The position numbers and the translations under genes are program-made. From Nanobdellota archaeon (GTDB lineage: Archaea > Nanobdellota > Nanobdellia > Pacearchaeales > GW2011-AR1), in contig JAHJSW010000001.1 of NCBI GenBank assembly GCA_018830245.1, positions 1 to 36,843 on the forward strand: DNA of 36,843 bases. The letters run 5' to 3'. Position 1 is the first letter of the stretch. Every line of letters begins with the position of its first letter. Under the pieces are notes generated by a model. That model had not been told where the DNA came from and did not search any database. It saw nothing but the letters and a program-made list of their open reading frames with translations. Shown in pieces: positions 1-9,593 of this stretch.

Positions 1-1
1 A

Positions 2-124
<123 letters not shown>

Positions 125-125
125 A

Positions 126-713
126 ATGCTCTCTCTTCCAATTACCCGAGAACAGGCAATTGAACTCCTGAAGAAATTCCCTCAAGAAGAGTATGACATG
201 ATTCATTATCTAGAAAGTGAGGCGATAATGCGCGGGCTGGCTGAAAAGTTTGGAGAAGATGCTGATTATTGGGGCATGCTAGGACTTCTACATGATGTAG
301 ACTGGGCAGAAACAAAAAAAAATATTCCAGAACATATTGAAGTAGCAAAAGAAATCTTAAAAGACGCTGGTTTTGACGAAAATTTTATTTCTGCTATTGT
401 TTCGCATGGCTATGGATATGAAGAAAAGCCAAAAGATCTTGATAAAAAAAGAACTAGAAAAATTGAACATGCGCTAGCTGCTGCTGAAACTGTAACAGGG
501 CTAGTTCATGCCTACGCCCTTATGCGAGGGAAAAAAATTTCAGATATGGATGCAAAAGGACTAAAGAAAAAATTCAAAGAGAAAAGTTTTGCCTCCAAAA
601 TACGAAGAGATATAATCAAAGAATGCGAGGACATTGGGCTGGAATTAGGAGAGTTTTTTGAGGTTGCAATTGATTCAATCAAAAAAATTGCAAAGAAGGT
701 TGGGTTAAAATAA
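126..713 (+). CDS. HD-domain (HDIG-type) putative hydrolase
   Basis: H..ESEAIMR, GLLHDVD and AIVSH motifs; C-terminal KKFKEKSFA..IRR..I..CE pattern. Confidence 0.8.
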   Translation: MLSLPITREQAIELLKKFPQEEYDMIHYLESEAIMRGLAEKFGEDADYWGMLGLLHDVDWAETKKNIPEHIEVAKEILKDAGFDENFISAIVSHGYGYEEKPKDLDKKRTRKIEHALAAAETVTGLVHAYALMRGKKISDMDAKGLKKKFKEKSFASKIRRDIIKECEDIGLELGEFFEVAIDSIKKIAKKVGLK

Positions 714-759
714 AGAACAAAAAGGATATATTAATAAATGACATTAGATTATATTTTAA

Positions 760-951
760 ATGACCCTTAGCTTATATCGCGAATTTAGAGAGCTGCAAAA
801 AGAGGGACTAACAGATGGTGCTCCATATCTGGGAGTTCCAAGTGAGAGTGAGTTATTATTTGACGGAATATATGGAGAAATCCTTGCCCCTCTTAAAGAA
901 GATTCTTGGTTACATAGAGTTGGAAAAACACTTCTTGGTCTTTTGAATTGA
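760..951 (+). CDS. Small hypothetical protein
   Basis: 63-aa ORF filling the gap, with an AT-rich TATA-like tract upstream; no recognisable motif. Confidence 0.4.
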   Translation: MTLSLYREFRELQKEGLTDGAPYLGVPSESELLFDGIYGEILAPLKEDSWLHRVGKTLLGLLN

Positions 952-957
952 AATAAA

Positions 958-1143
958 ATGGGCTTAATTATTAAAAGCAATATCAAAAAAGTTGTAAAAG
1001 AATTAGATAAAGAAAATTCTGTTTCAAGTGTGGCAGAAGAAGTTGGACGAGCTCTTGAAAGAAAAACAGAAGAAGTTTTAAGAGACGCTATTAAAAGAGC
1101 TAAAGAAAATGGGAGGAGAACTCTTCAGGCAAGAGATATATAA
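958..1143 (+). CDS. Archaeal histone-fold protein (DPANN/DUF1931-like singlet)
   Basis: 61 aa ending AIKRAKENGRRTLQARDI, matching the histone-fold A..AGRKTV...DI signature. Confidence 0.8.
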   Translation: MGLIIKSNIKKVVKELDKENSVSSVAEEVGRALERKTEEVLRDAIKRAKENGRRTLQARDI

Positions 1144-1304
1144 TGGCAAGAACAAAATTTCCAATGTTAGCAGTTGTGTTATTGATATTTGGGATAGCGT
1201 GGTTGTTGAATGAGTTAAAAGTTTTTAACCTAGATCTTCCATGGGGACCAGTAATTATTATAATTATTGCTATTGGATTAATATTTAACAGATTTAGTAG
1301 ATAA
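1143..1304 (+). CDS. 53-aa two-helix membrane microprotein (not in the ORF track)
   Basis: MARTKFPMLAVVLLIFGIAWLLNELKVFNLDLPWGPVIIIIIAIGLIFNRFSR*; ATG overlaps the histone stop (TAATG). Confidence 0.65.
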   Translation: MARTKFPMLAVVLLIFGIAWLLNELKVFNLDLPWGPVIIIIIAIGLIFNRFSR

Positions 1305-1314
1305 GAGGTTTTTA

Positions 1315-1752
1315 ATGAGAAAAGGTGGGAAAGAAAAAAATTCTATAAGAGGTAAAAAGAGTCGTGCAGCAGGAGCAAGATTTGAATTAAAAGTTAGGGG
1401 GAAATTGGAGTCTGATAGATGGGTGATAGATAAGTGGAGTAATAATGTTGATCTTGATGAGAAAAAATTAGTGAAGGCTCGTGCAAAATTCAACCCGTAT
1501 CGAAAAGTTCTTGGAATTGGAACAGGTTTCCCAGATTTTATAGGATTTAAATTAAAATCAAAAAAAACTTATGAAATAATCGGAATAGAAGTTAAAGCAA
1601 ATGGCTGGATTGATAAAGAAGAGAAAGAGAAATGCAAATTTTTATTAAATGAAAAAATCTTCAGCAAGATTCTTATTGCAAAAAAAGGAGTAAAAAGAGG
1701 GGAGATTGAGTTTATTGACTTTGAAAAAAAGTATAGAAATAAATTAAAATAG
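1315..1752 (+). CDS. PD-(D/E)xK nuclease, Hjc/Holliday-junction-resolvase-like
   Basis: G.RFE..V...L N-terminal helix, GFPDFI and IEVK catalytic motifs; GAGGT SD-like sequence upstream. Confidence 0.7.
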   Translation: MRKGGKEKNSIRGKKSRAAGARFELKVRGKLESDRWVIDKWSNNVDLDEKKLVKARAKFNPYRKVLGIGTGFPDFIGFKLKSKKTYEIIGIEVKANGWIDKEEKEKCKFLLNEKIFSKILIAKKGVKRGEIEFIDFEKKYRNKLK

Positions 1753-1770
1753 GTTTTTCATTATATTTTC

Positions 1771-2553
1771 ATGAAGAAAGTGCAAGTTTGGTTAAGTATG
1801 CTTTTACTTATTCTGATTTTTCCTTTTATATCTGCACTTTCTATAACAGAAGTAGAATCAAATCCAGAAGGAGAGGATTCTGGATTTGAATGGGTAGAGC
1901 TATATAGTGATAGTGAAATTAATTTATCAGGATACAAACTTGTAAATAATGATGGAGGAGAAGTAGAATTAAATGGAAGTTTTTCAAGATATTATGTTTA
2001 TACATTTGAAAAACAATGGTTAGATAATTCTGATGAAAAAGTTTTTTTGTATCATAATGATTCTTTGATTCAGGAAACATCTCTTTTTGAAGACTCCAAG
2101 AATAATGGATTTACCTGGCAATTATGCGATTCTTGGGAATTTAAAGAAGCGACAAAAAATTCTGAGAACATTTGTGAAAGTTCTTCTGAAGTTATTGAAA
2201 ATGAATCCTCTGCAGAAAGTTCTGAAAATTCAGGAGAAGAAGTAATTATTGATGAAAAAGATTCCTCTTCAGACAGTGAAACAATCATAAATTCAGAGAA
2301 TGATCAAGAAGAAACAAACAATGATAATAAACAAGAAACAGAATCTCCAGTGATTGTACTAAGTCCAAAAGATATAAATAATACTAATTATACAAATCTT
2401 CTAAGCAAATACAATTATCCCTTTTACGGGTTAATCGTTTTTTGTATGCTGATTATTATTTTACTGATAATAAAATATAGAAAAGGAAAAAACAAAAATG
2501 AATTCGAAGAAGGATATGGAAACCAAGGGGATACAAGCAGTAATAATAATTGA
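1771..2553 (+). CDS. Secreted, membrane-anchored lamin-tail-domain-like protein
   Basis: Signal peptide; ITEVESNP.G.D..EWVELY...INLSGYKL pattern; acidic Ser/Glu linker; C-terminal TM and basic tail. Confidence 0.7.
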   Translation: MKKVQVWLSMLLLILIFPFISALSITEVESNPEGEDSGFEWVELYSDSEINLSGYKLVNNDGGEVELNGSFSRYYVYTFEKQWLDNSDEKVFLYHNDSLIQETSLFEDSKNNGFTWQLCDSWEFKEATKNSENICESSSEVIENESSAESSENSGEEVIIDEKDSSSDSETIINSENDQEETNNDNKQETESPVIVLSPKDINNTNYTNLLSKYNYPFYGLIVFCMLIIILLIIKYRKGKNKNEFEEGYGNQGDTSSNNN

Positions 2554-2947
2554 AGTAATTGGAAAACCCCCAGAACATCTGACTGAAACATTAAATGAAA
2601 TTATCAATAAAATCGATGCAGAAAAAGGGATAAATGTAACAGGAAAAAAAGTAAATGATCCTGTTTTAATGAAAAATCAGAAGAATTTTTACACAAACTT
2701 TGCAGAAGTAGAGGTAGAAGTGGATGAAATTTTGTATTTTGTAAAACTCTTGTTTAAATATATGCCTGCAAATGTTGAAATAATCTCTCCAGAATTAATC
2801 GCCCTTACAAACAATGGATGGAATGAAGTTCTGAATGAAATTACTAGAAGACTTCACGGATATGATGAGATAGCAAGAATTTTGCAAGTAGAAAAAGGAA
2901 TTTTAGAAAAAAAATTAAAAGAAGTTCTTGGGAAAAAGGAAAAATAA
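2498..2947 (+). CDS. Conserved-looking archaeal hypothetical protein
   Basis: 149-aa ORF with IIEVIGKP.EH, FAEVE and KYMPANVEII.P motifs; function unknown. Confidence 0.65.
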   Translation: MNSKKDMETKGIQAVIIIEVIGKPPEHLTETLNEIINKIDAEKGINVTGKKVNDPVLMKNQKNFYTNFAEVEVEVDEILYFVKLLFKYMPANVEIISPELIALTNNGWNEVLNEITRRLHGYDEIARILQVEKGILEKKLKEVLGKKEK

Positions 2948-4249
2948 TTACTTTTTTCCTTTAGCAATACTTAATAAATTTACAGGTTTGTTTCCTGCTC
3001 TACTGTATTTTGTTTTAAAAAACCAGATTAATAAAACTATAACCGCTATAACAATTGTCCACCCAATTATTTTTCCAACTATCCCAGGTTCAGGAGATTC
3101 GCAAGTTCCTAAACAACAATTTCCGTCTTTTGAATGAACCGCCTCCTTGCTACATTTTTCATTAGTTCCGCATATCCCTCCACCTAATTCTTTGCATGTT
3201 TTAGAAATCTGTAGAGGAGAAGGAGGAACAGAATCATCCTCATCCAAAGAGATATAATCTTTTATAAAAGTTAAATAAATCGTCGTGTAAGAATAAATTC
3301 CTGAAGAATCTTTAGCTGAAATCTGCCCTTCAATTGTTTTTTCTGTATAACCTGGAGAGATTATTAATTCAATTCTAACACTTGAATTTTCTTCTAAAGT
3401 GTTGATTTTGTTCTCATAAAGAGTAATGTAGGGTTTTAATGAATCTGAGAGAGAGATTGTTATATTTTCTAAAGTTTCTTTTCCAGTGTTATAAACATAT
3501 ATTTTCCTATCAGTACTTGAATTAGTTGGAAGAGTAATATTCAGTTCAGGAGGTTCAATTTTAAAGCTTCTTTGTTCTTTTTCTTCAGATTCTGTGTAAA
3601 TATAAACAGGAATTTCGTATTTTAGAGAAGAGGTACTTAATTCAATTATTCTTAATGTTGAAGAAGTAATATTTACTAATTCAAAATCTATTTTTTTTAT
3701 CTCTCCAGACCTCAAGGAAACAGATGTATTTTCTCCTTCTAAACCACTATCTTCAAATAAAGAAGAGAAAAATCCTTCACTAGATTCTTCTGAAGAAACC
3801 TTTGAATTGACAATAATTTTTTCATCTTTTAAATTCTGAACTTCTATGTAAAAATCTCCTTCTGTTACGACAAATCCGGGATTAATTGAGAAATCAGCTG
3901 TTTCATTTGTTATTATAAATTCCTTAATAATATCTTCTTCACTGACTATGCTTCCTTTCATATATCTTAAATTTTTTAAAACAATTGAATAATTATTTAC
4001 TCCTTTATCAGACAGAGGAGCATAAATGTAAAATTCTTCATTTATCTGTGCAACACTTGGATTTATAGAAATTCTGACATGATCTCTATAAAAAAATATA
4101 TTTTCTTTAAGAATTGGTTCTAAAAAATAACCAGAAACTCTTGCAAGAAGAGTTTCTCCTTGTTTAAATTCATCTTTCATATCAAACTCTACTGCAGAAA
4201 CTATTTGTAATAAAAGTAAAATTAAGATAAATATCCCACTTTTTTTCAT
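2948..4249 (-). CDS. Secreted Ig-like/CARDB-like protein with juxtamembrane Cys module and C-terminal TM
   Basis: Signal peptide; VYNTGKETLENITI Ig-like pattern; TCKELGGGIC..C..CC..C module; TM plus basic tail. Confidence 0.7.
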   Translation of the reverse strand: MKKSGIFILILLLLQIVSAVEFDMKDEFKQGETLLARVSGYFLEPILKENIFFYRDHVRISINPSVAQINEEFYIYAPLSDKGVNNYSIVLKNLRYMKGSIVSEEDIIKEFIITNETADFSINPGFVVTEGDFYIEVQNLKDEKIIVNSKVSSEESSEGFFSSLFEDSGLEGENTSVSLRSGEIKKIDFELVNITSSTLRIIELSTSSLKYEIPVYIYTESEEKEQRSFKIEPPELNITLPTNSSTDRKIYVYNTGKETLENITISLSDSLKPYITLYENKINTLEENSSVRIELIISPGYTEKTIEGQISAKDSSGIYSYTTIYLTFIKDYISLDEDDSVPPSPLQISKTCKELGGGICGTNEKCSKEAVHSKDGNCCLGTCESPEPGIVGKIIGWTIVIAVIVLLIWFFKTKYSRAGNKPVNLLSIAKGKK

Positions 4250-4293
4250 ATTTATTTAAGAAAAATCAGGTTAATAAATATTATTGAAACAAT

Positions 4294-4629
4294 TTAGATC
4301 TGTTCAGACATTTCAGAAGCTTGTGTAATAATGATTCTTACTAAGTCTCTGGCATTCTCTTCAGTTATTTCCGATGGTTCCCATGCTTGCTTTTTTGGAT
4401 TAACAAACCTTTTTCCTGCCTCACCATAAACAAAATCTTCTACCTTTCTTTGTTCGACTTTTAAATTACTTCCTTCCTCAAGAAATTTAACAACTTGCCA
4501 ACCAAGTTTTGATGCACATAAAAAATTTCCATAAGTCCCCCTTAATTCTGCACATTGAAAAATCCACTTACATTGAGTAGCTGGGAGTTCTTCATAACCA
4601 CAAGGGTTCAAATCATCTAAAGAGAGCAT
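4294..4629 (-). CDS. Hypothetical protein
   Basis: 111-aa ORF with a TATA-like TTTATTAA about 20 nt upstream; no recognised motif. Confidence 0.5.
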   Translation of the reverse strand: MLSLDDLNPCGYEELPATQCKWIFQCAELRGTYGNFLCASKLGWQVVKFLEEGSNLKVEQRKVEDFVYGEAGKRFVNPKKQAWEPSEITEENARDLVRIIITQASEMSEQI

Positions 4630-4691
4630 ACGATTATTAGAGAAACTGCTTTAATAAAGATTGTCAATATAAAACATATATTTTAAAAGAA

Positions 4692-6476
4692 TTATTTCCC
4701 CATTTCTTTTAGTTTTTTTAGAACTTCATCAATCTCTCCTGATTTTTGAGGAGAATGCCTTACAGGTTTTCTTGAAGTTCCAGGAGGGAGAATTCTTCTT
4801 TGAAGAGGTCTTCTTTGATAAGGATATCCTGGAGGTCCTCTTGGAGGAAAACCTCTAGCAGGAATTTCTTTTTGAGCAGGAGTTTTAGTTTTTCTAAATT
4901 TAGATTTTACTATAATCCAGTATGGTTGAACTCTATCTCTAAAAACTATTGCGAGAATAACTAAAATAATAAGAATAAGTAATAACCAAATCCACCAGTA
5001 ACTTTTATCATTTACTTTTTCTACACAACAAGCATCTCCATAATCACAAGTATAAGAAAAAGATTCTTCTTCATCATCATTGCAAAAAGATCTACAAGCT
5101 CCGTTTCCAACTACTTCACAATTTGATACATCTGGTTCAGGTTCTCTACAAACACCACTGATACAACATATTTCTCCATAAACTAAATCAGACGCAGAGA
5201 TTGAATTTCCGCCATCACATCTTTCTTGAGAATTGCAAACACTTCCACCTAATTCTTGGCAAGTTTCTAGAGATTTTTTTGTGTCGCAACATTTAAAGGT
5301 TCCAGAACAATCATATTCTGGAAGAATTTCTCCTTCACAATTTATTTCTGACAAACAATAATATCCTGCATCTTCGCAATCATCTACAGAAGGAGAGGTA
5401 GATCCTGGGTCTTTAGAAAAAATAGAATAAAGAATAAAAGCAGTATTTCTGATATTCCCTTGCCAGCATCCGTCACTATCTTGAACTTCTAATAACCAAT
5501 TAATGGATTTTGTTTTTTCTGAAGGTTCTTCATATTTAAAAGGGTATAATGCTACAGAAGTATCATAAAATTTATCTCCTGATTCATCCCAGTATGTATC
5601 TTTTTGCTTTGATAGCAAATCTACTCTAAAATCAGTATATCCTGTAAGAGAGTATAAAAAAGCCTCTGGAAGAAATTTTAGATTTTCTTCAGTCATTGCG
5701 ACAAGATAAGGAAGATAAGGCGTGATATCATAATCTCTATGATCTAATATTAAAGCAGCCCATAAGCTTCCTTCATAATCGCAAGAGCCGGCAATTGAAA
5801 AGCACAAAGAAGTTACCTCTTCTGTTGTTGTTCCTTCTGCAGACGCAGAAGTTGTTTTTTCTGAAACATGAATTGTAGTGGAACCAGTTTTTTTAAATAA
5901 TAAACTAGTAAGAAATTGCTTATCACATGAAATTTTAAATTCTTTTTCATAGCAATCAGGAGAAACCTTTAACCACCAACCTCCTTCAGACAAAGTTAAG
6001 CAACTTCCTGCACCAGATGAAATTTTTTTGTCCTCATTTATACTTGTTGAATAAGAAGAACCATCATAAGTAATTGTGCAAATTGTTGCCTCTGGACTTT
6101 CAATTTGCAAAAACCATGAAAGTTCTGAAGGAATTTCTTTTTGCGCGAGGAGCCAATCCTCTGCTTTTGCAGAACCACCTAAAGCTAAAATTGCTTGAGC
6201 AGTTGTTTTTATATTGCACCCTGATTTTGGCCAACACTCTCCTCCTGCTGAATCAGAAACAACTTCATTTTTACACTCTTTTATTGTTAGTAAAGAAAAA
6301 ATCCTTTCTTCTGAGGAAATTGAAGAACATCTCTCGCTCACTTTTTCTCTTAAACAATCATATGCTAAATCTACTCCGGTTTTTTCAGCAGTAACATTTT
6401 CTGCTGCTAGAAAAAATGATGTATTATAAATTAACAAGATTATCAAAATACTAAATAACACTAACCTCTTTTTCAT
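4692..6476 (-). CDS. Secreted surface protein: prenyltransferase-like alpha/alpha repeats, Cys-rich repeats, TM and Pro/Arg-rich tail
   Basis: TAQAILAL..AEDWLL and INWLLEVQDSDGCW..TAFIL motifs; three Cys-rich repeats; YWWIWLLLILII TM. Confidence 0.7.
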   Translation of the reverse strand: MKKRLVLFSILIILLIYNTSFFLAAENVTAEKTGVDLAYDCLREKVSERCSSISSEERIFSLLTIKECKNEVVSDSAGGECWPKSGCNIKTTAQAILALGGSAKAEDWLLAQKEIPSELSWFLQIESPEATICTITYDGSSYSTSINEDKKISSGAGSCLTLSEGGWWLKVSPDCYEKEFKISCDKQFLTSLLFKKTGSTTIHVSEKTTSASAEGTTTEEVTSLCFSIAGSCDYEGSLWAALILDHRDYDITPYLPYLVAMTEENLKFLPEAFLYSLTGYTDFRVDLLSKQKDTYWDESGDKFYDTSVALYPFKYEEPSEKTKSINWLLEVQDSDGCWQGNIRNTAFILYSIFSKDPGSTSPSVDDCEDAGYYCLSEINCEGEILPEYDCSGTFKCCDTKKSLETCQELGGSVCNSQERCDGGNSISASDLVYGEICCISGVCREPEPDVSNCEVVGNGACRSFCNDDEEESFSYTCDYGDACCVEKVNDKSYWWIWLLLILIILVILAIVFRDRVQPYWIIVKSKFRKTKTPAQKEIPARGFPPRGPPGYPYQRRPLQRRILPPGTSRKPVRHSPQKSGEIDEVLKKLKEMGK

Positions 6477-6487
6477 AAGTTAGTTAG

Positions 6488-7819
6488 TTAATTATTGTTT
6501 TTAAAATTATCTTTGCGATTTGTCTTCTTGCCTTTTTTATTTTCTTGCAAATTTTTTCTAATAACATAATTTACTGGATTTTTTACCAAATTGCAAAAAT
6601 TATCTGGAACACAAACACCGATCCCGTGATAGAATTCCTTGCAATTTGGAGGCATAATTGGCTTTCTTTTATAACTCCATAATAATTGAGATTTAATATA
6701 ACCTTTTTTTAAAGGAGGGTTATTTTTTTTATTCCAATCATCAATTTTTTTTTCTAATTCTTCCTTTTCCATCCCAATTGAACGAAATAAATTGATTAAA
6801 GCGAATAATGCTCTTTTCTTCCCATCAACAACACCATTTAAAATTTTTTTAATGCAAAAAGGGAAATTTTCATCTGAAAGATTATCTAATTTTATTGGTT
6901 TATAATTTGCATATTTTCCAGTGATTTTTTCCTCTGACTTCCCAGCTTTGATTTCATTGTCTTTATCCCAATCTAATGCCTGCATTAATAATTCAGAAGC
7001 TTCTCCCTCTACAGAATTTGGCATAAAATTTCTAATCTTTGCTTTTAAAGGATCTGCATCTTTTAATTCAAAATCTGGAAGTTCTTTTAAATCTAAAACA
7101 ACACTTGCTAGAGCTGTTTTTTCGTGCAAAGAATAAGGTGTTCTGAATAAATGTCTTGGAGAAACTAAAATAAGGTCAGGCATAACTTCTTGAGACGATT
7201 GGAAATCTTTTACATATTTATTTGGTCTTTCTAAATCACTTATTTTTTCAATTAGTTGCTTTTTTGTTTTCTGAATAATATACTTTATAATTATTCGAGG
7301 ATATTCTGGGAATCTCTCAGAAGTTTTTATTTCATTAATTTCTTTGGGAAAAGCTTTCCACGGAATAATAATGTGAAATCCTTTTGAACCTGAAAATTTT
7401 ATCCCTATGTTTTTTATTCCGTGAAATTTGAGAAAGTCCATTATAATTTTTGCAGAAATTTTTGAGTAATCAATATATTTACTATCAATATCAATCAGCA
7501 AATCCCACCCTTCTCTTAATTCATTTAACTGCTGCTCATTTAAATCAGTGGATAATTTTAAGGGGTCTTTCCATATTTCTTCAGAACAGTTAAGAGAGGT
7601 TGCTCCTTTTTTTGCTAACTCAAATACATCTCCAGGATATTGGAGTGAATCTGGTCTTTTTCCAAATCCTTCAAAATATAGTGGACAAACTTCACGATTT
7701 TTGCAAAATTCAAAAATTGCTTTTTGTACATCTGATCTAGAGTAGTAAAGTTCAGTAATTTTTCTAATTCTTTGCTCTTTAAAAGAAGGTGTTTTTTGTT
7801 CCATTAAAGAAATTGCCAA
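6488..7819 (-). CDS. priSL: Fused DNA primase PriS-PriL (DPANN type); start may be ATG at 7804
   Basis: AEP motifs DLLIDID, FSGSKGFH and RTPYSLH, followed by four Fe-S Cys (FPFCI, PPNC, GVC, NFC..KNP..Y). Confidence 0.9.
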   Translation of the reverse strand: MAISLMEQKTPSFKEQRIRKITELYYSRSDVQKAIFEFCKNREVCPLYFEGFGKRPDSLQYPGDVFELAKKGATSLNCSEEIWKDPLKLSTDLNEQQLNELREGWDLLIDIDSKYIDYSKISAKIIMDFLKFHGIKNIGIKFSGSKGFHIIIPWKAFPKEINEIKTSERFPEYPRIIIKYIIQKTKKQLIEKISDLERPNKYVKDFQSSQEVMPDLILVSPRHLFRTPYSLHEKTALASVVLDLKELPDFELKDADPLKAKIRNFMPNSVEGEASELLMQALDWDKDNEIKAGKSEEKITGKYANYKPIKLDNLSDENFPFCIKKILNGVVDGKKRALFALINLFRSIGMEKEELEKKIDDWNKKNNPPLKKGYIKSQLLWSYKRKPIMPPNCKEFYHGIGVCVPDNFCNLVKNPVNYVIRKNLQENKKGKKTNRKDNFKNNN

Positions 7820-7889
7820 GCAAAGTTTAAATAAATACCTTATACTTAATTATAATAATACTTAAAAGATTACTAATACATTCGTAAAC

Positions 7890-8615
7890 ATGCTAGTTAA
7901 ATTAGAAACCCCCCTGCTTTTATCAAAAGCTGTAGAGATTATCTCAGAATTAGTAATAGATGCTAGGATAAAAGTCAATGATTATGGACTAAGTATTACT
8001 GCTATAGACCCGGCAAATGTTGCGATGGTAAGCTTTAAGCTCCCAAAAAGTGCTTTTTCTCAGTTTGAGACTGGAGAAGAAGTTTTAGGAGTAAACTTAG
8101 ATAATCTAAAGAGAATTTTAAAAAGATGTGGTGCAGGAAGTTCTCTCACTCTAGAAAAGAAAGATAATCTCCTGAATATACAAATTCAAGACAGGATTAA
8201 AAGAAATTTTAACCTTAGTTTAATTGATATAGATAGAGAAGAAAAAGATCTCCCTCTTTTAGATTATAGTTCAAAAGTAGAAATGAATTCTATTGATTTT
8301 ATTGCGTCTGTAGAAGATTGCGCAGTTGTTGCTGATGCGTGTTCATTTATCATCCAAGATGGAAAATTTATAATAGAAGCAAAAGGCCTAAATTCTGCAA
8401 TGTCTGAATTTTCAGGAGATGAAGCAGGAATTATGGCTGAAAACTGCAAGGCAAGATATAGCATAGAATACTTGCAAAAATTTGTAAAAGGAGCTAAACT
8501 TAATGATAAAATAATTCTTAATTTTGCAAATGACCATCCTCTAAAAGTAGGTATTCGGTCAGAACACATGGAATTAATATTTATTCTTGCGCCGAGAGTA
8601 GAGACAGAGGGTTAA
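7890..8615 (+). CDS. pcn: DNA polymerase sliding clamp (PCNA)
   Basis: AIDPANVAMV, GVNLD.L..IL, YSIEYL and FILAPR motifs; 241 aa. Confidence 0.95.
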   Translation: MLVKLETPLLLSKAVEIISELVIDARIKVNDYGLSITAIDPANVAMVSFKLPKSAFSQFETGEEVLGVNLDNLKRILKRCGAGSSLTLEKKDNLLNIQIQDRIKRNFNLSLIDIDREEKDLPLLDYSSKVEMNSIDFIASVEDCAVVADACSFIIQDGKFIIEAKGLNSAMSEFSGDEAGIMAENCKARYSIEYLQKFVKGAKLNDKIILNFANDHPLKVGIRSEHMELIFILAPRVETEG

Positions 8616-8697
8616 GAAAAGATTTATATATGTTCTAATAATATTAAGTAGTATAAAGTATATTAAATATATTTAGTAATACGAAATAATACTTCAA

Positions 8698-8835
8698 ATG
8701 AAAGAGAGGATTTCTGCAACAGTAGATAAAGAAACAATAGAAACAATAGAAAAAATTCTTAGAGAAGGGAGATACAGGAATAAATCTCATGTTATTGAAG
8801 ACGCAATTAAATTATTAAAAGAGAAACGAAAATGA
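8698..8835 (+). CDS. Ribbon-helix-helix (CopG/Arc-like) regulator, 45 aa (not in the ORF track)
   Basis: MKERISATVDKETIETIEKILREGRYRNKSHVIEDAIKLL; stop overlaps the next start (ATGA). Confidence 0.75.
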   Translation: MKERISATVDKETIETIEKILREGRYRNKSHVIEDAIKLLKEKRK

Positions 8836-9593
8836 AAAAGAAGAGAGGGCAGGTGACGATTTTTATAATTTTAAGCATAGTTTTAATTGGAAGTTTAATT
8901 TTATTTTTTCTTGTAAGAGAGGGAATTGTTCCTCAATTTTGGGGAGGTGGAGAGATAAATCCAGATCTTTTTCTGCAAACTTGTTTAGAAGAAAAAATAG
9001 AGAGCACTATTGATATACTTTCTTCTCAGGGAGGATATATTGAAAATTCTTTATCAAAAGAATTTGACGGAAAAAATATTTCTTATTTATGCTACAACTC
9101 TCTTAATTATTATACCTGCATAAATCAGGAACCACTTCTGATTCAACATTTAAAAAACGAGATTAAGAAAGAAATTTCTGAGGAAGTAAAAAATTGTTTT
9201 AATGAGCTATCACTTAATTTAGAAAAAGAGGCTTATACTGTTGATGCAAAATATCATGATTTCGCCATAGATCTAGAATCTAAAAAAGTTATTGTAAAAA
9301 TAAATGGCGAAATGACTCTTACAAAAAATAGTGAGACCTTGAAACATGATGATTTTATTATTGTAGTCAAGAGTAGTTTTTATGATTTAGCGATAATTGC
9401 TCAGGAAATCATAAGCCAAGAATCAGAATTTTGTAATTTCAATTATCTTGGATATATGTTGCTTCATCCAGAAATAAGTATAGAATTAAATAATCTTGGA
9501 GACCAGACAAGTATTTACCATCTTCAACATAGAAAAACTGATGAAGATTTTTGGTTTGCTCTGAGAACTTGCGCACTTCCCGGAGGGATATAG
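8832..9593 (+). CDS. Class III signal-peptide (type IV pilin-like) protein, copy A
   Basis: MKKKRG|QVTIFIIL hydrophobic N-terminus; paralog of 13266..14069 (SSQGG, I.YLCY, C..Q.P.L.QH). Confidence 0.75.
   Translation: MKKKRGQVTIFIILSIVLIGSLILFFLVREGIVPQFWGGGEINPDLFLQTCLEEKIESTIDILSSQGGYIENSLSKEFDGKNISYLCYNSLNYYTCINQEPLLIQHLKNEIKKEISEEVKNCFNELSLNLEKEAYTVDAKYHDFAIDLESKKVIVKINGEMTLTKNSETLKHDDFIIVVKSSFYDLAIIAQEIISQESEFCNFNYLGYMLLHPEISIELNNLGDQTSIYHLQHRKTDEDFWFALRTCALPGGI

Noticed and set aside
2170-2345. Repetitive GAA/TCT-rich DNA
   Set aside because: Encodes a low-complexity Ser/Glu/Asn linker; not a DNA repeat element. The same applies to the Ser/Thr tract near 15330-15415.
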